Below are positions 62,471 to 64,000 of a stretch of 64,000 nt of DNA, in pieces. Source of the stretch: Camelus ferus (Eukaryota); NCBI RefSeq assembly GCF_009834535.1, contig NC_045696.1:8372001-8436000 (forward strand), given 5' to 3'. A program made the translations under genes and the position numbers. The notes below the pieces were generated by a model that saw only the letters and a list, made by a program, of their open reading frames with translations, made no database searches and was not told where the DNA came from. How positions within the stretch are numbered: the stretch's first letter is position 1; each line of letters opens with the position of its first letter.

Positions 62471-63520
62471 ATCCCAAGTCTGATTTTGGGAGGTATTTCA
62501 GGGCCCTGCTTCTGAACGTCGGAGGCGGCCAGGAGATGCTCCACGTGAAACTGATTAAATAATTAGAAGGTGATAAGCACTCTGTGGTCATGTTTGTGGT
62601 AGAGAGCTCCTGGCATAGCAAGACAGCGGAGACTTTCATGTGAATTTTCAGCTGCCAGTGCAAGAACAGAAGTGGACCTGGGGAATATACAACTAGCTTC
62701 GTCTCCACGTGAGGGACAAGGCTGTCACCTAAGTGCTGCACCAGCAAAGGCTTATCATAGTTTGAGTAGAGACAAGTGTTGGGAGAAGCACACAGCTCAA
62801 GGCACATAATTATGAACGCCACTCACCTGACCAGACTCAGGCCACAGCTTCCTTAGCCATTACTTTTATAGTCATGTCATCACCTGCCATATTAACATAG
62901 ATTCAATTTGAAATTTTGTGGCTTTTTATCCTTTTGATTATATATTTTTTAAATGTTAATTTAATTTATAATTGCAGAAATATTCTAAGCAGAAGGAATT
63001 TATTCCTAGTTTTTGGTGGATTCATATTTAAGACACATTAGAATTTAAACAACTGGGGATCTAATGCATTTGGTGTTGAATAGGAATCACTCCAGACTGT
63101 ACATACTCCATCCTCAAACACTGTGCATGTGGGGTCTGAAGATGAATTAGGTGGTAAAGATGGGAATTTTTTCCTATAAAAAAGGCCCATATCTTGCTCA
63201 ACTTCATGGAATATGTATTATTCCTAAGGAGAATGAGAAAGCACGAAACAGCCTGCATAGCTCCATTTGTGTACATGGTGACTATTTGAAAATAGCACCA
63301 AATGTTGAGTAAAAGAGTTCTCATTGATTATATGGTTCCCAAAGCGCTGTTACAAAATATATCAGATCCTGAAACCTCAACATGTCCTTAGCACAATCGA
63401 TATTAAATACATTATAAAATGCACTTGGTAAAAAAAAAAAAAACTGCACGTAAAGTGAAACACATCTTTAGCAGGAGAGCATCTTACAAAACAGCCATGA
63501 AGATAAAGCTTGGTAAAAAC

Positions 63521-63597
63521 GAAAGGAAGGAAGGAAGGAAGAAAGAAAGAAAGAAAGAGGGAAAGAAGGAAAGAAAGAAGGAAAAAAAGAAAGAAAA
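63521..63597. repeat. (GAAG/GAAA)n polypurine repeat
   Basis: Mixed GGAA/GAAA tract; it accounts for the K/E/R-rich and F/L/S-rich ORFs here. Confidence 0.95.
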
Positions 63598-64000
63598 CTT
63601 TGGGAAACCTTGACTCTTGAGCCAGGATTCCCTTGTTAAGTACAAGGAAGAGGATAACAGTTGGGGCTTAAACTTTCTGTGGTCCCTCAACACGCCATGG
63701 GGATGGATGTCTTCACACTGACCACCTGCTTATTTATCTTCAGACTCCAGCATCTTGCCCACTCGTGCTCAGTGAGTGTCTGAGGAAGAAGGGAGTATGT
63801 ACTTTGGGGCAATCTCTAGTCAATGGCAAATACATCACTTAACGTGTGACTCAGCTCACTGGCAGCTCTGGTAATTGAAGTGCTGCTTCCAGGCACGGGG
63901 GCTGCACGGCTTCTGCATCGATTATGAAACGGACCGCACAAGTGCACGCGGCTTTCCCGGGCTGCCTCTGTGTTTCTGGGTCGTGGACTGTGTCCATCCC

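Overview
This is mammalian, repeat-rich non-coding DNA (intron or intergenic), not prokaryotic. It is probably camelid, inferred from five copies of a tRNA-Ala-derived SINE matching what I recall as the Vic-1 family. I found no intact protein-coding gene, and the ORF track is essentially noise or repeat-derived. Best-supported elements: (1) a 5'-truncated, disabled RBM17/SPF45 retrocopy at ~19.4-19.7 kb; (2) a degraded minus-strand ERVL internal region at ~50.5-52.8 kb with gag, protease, RT and RNase H remnants in the expected order; (3) an ancient antisense L1 at ~1.5-5.3 kb, plus many L1 3' ends, L2, MIR, MaLR/ERV LTRs and hAT MITEs; (4) two strong, convergent CTCF motifs at 49.7 and 62.5 kb. 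The most interesting unexplained signal is a possible plus-strand spliced transcript. It would use a promoter/first exon at ~47.3 kb with NF-kB, RUNX and ETS motifs, an internal exon from antisense ERVL RT, and a terminal exon at 58.1 kb. This is a hypothesis from motifs only. Repeat family names are from memory of consensus sequences, and boundaries are approximate unless TSDs are given. I see no well-supported novel biological system.
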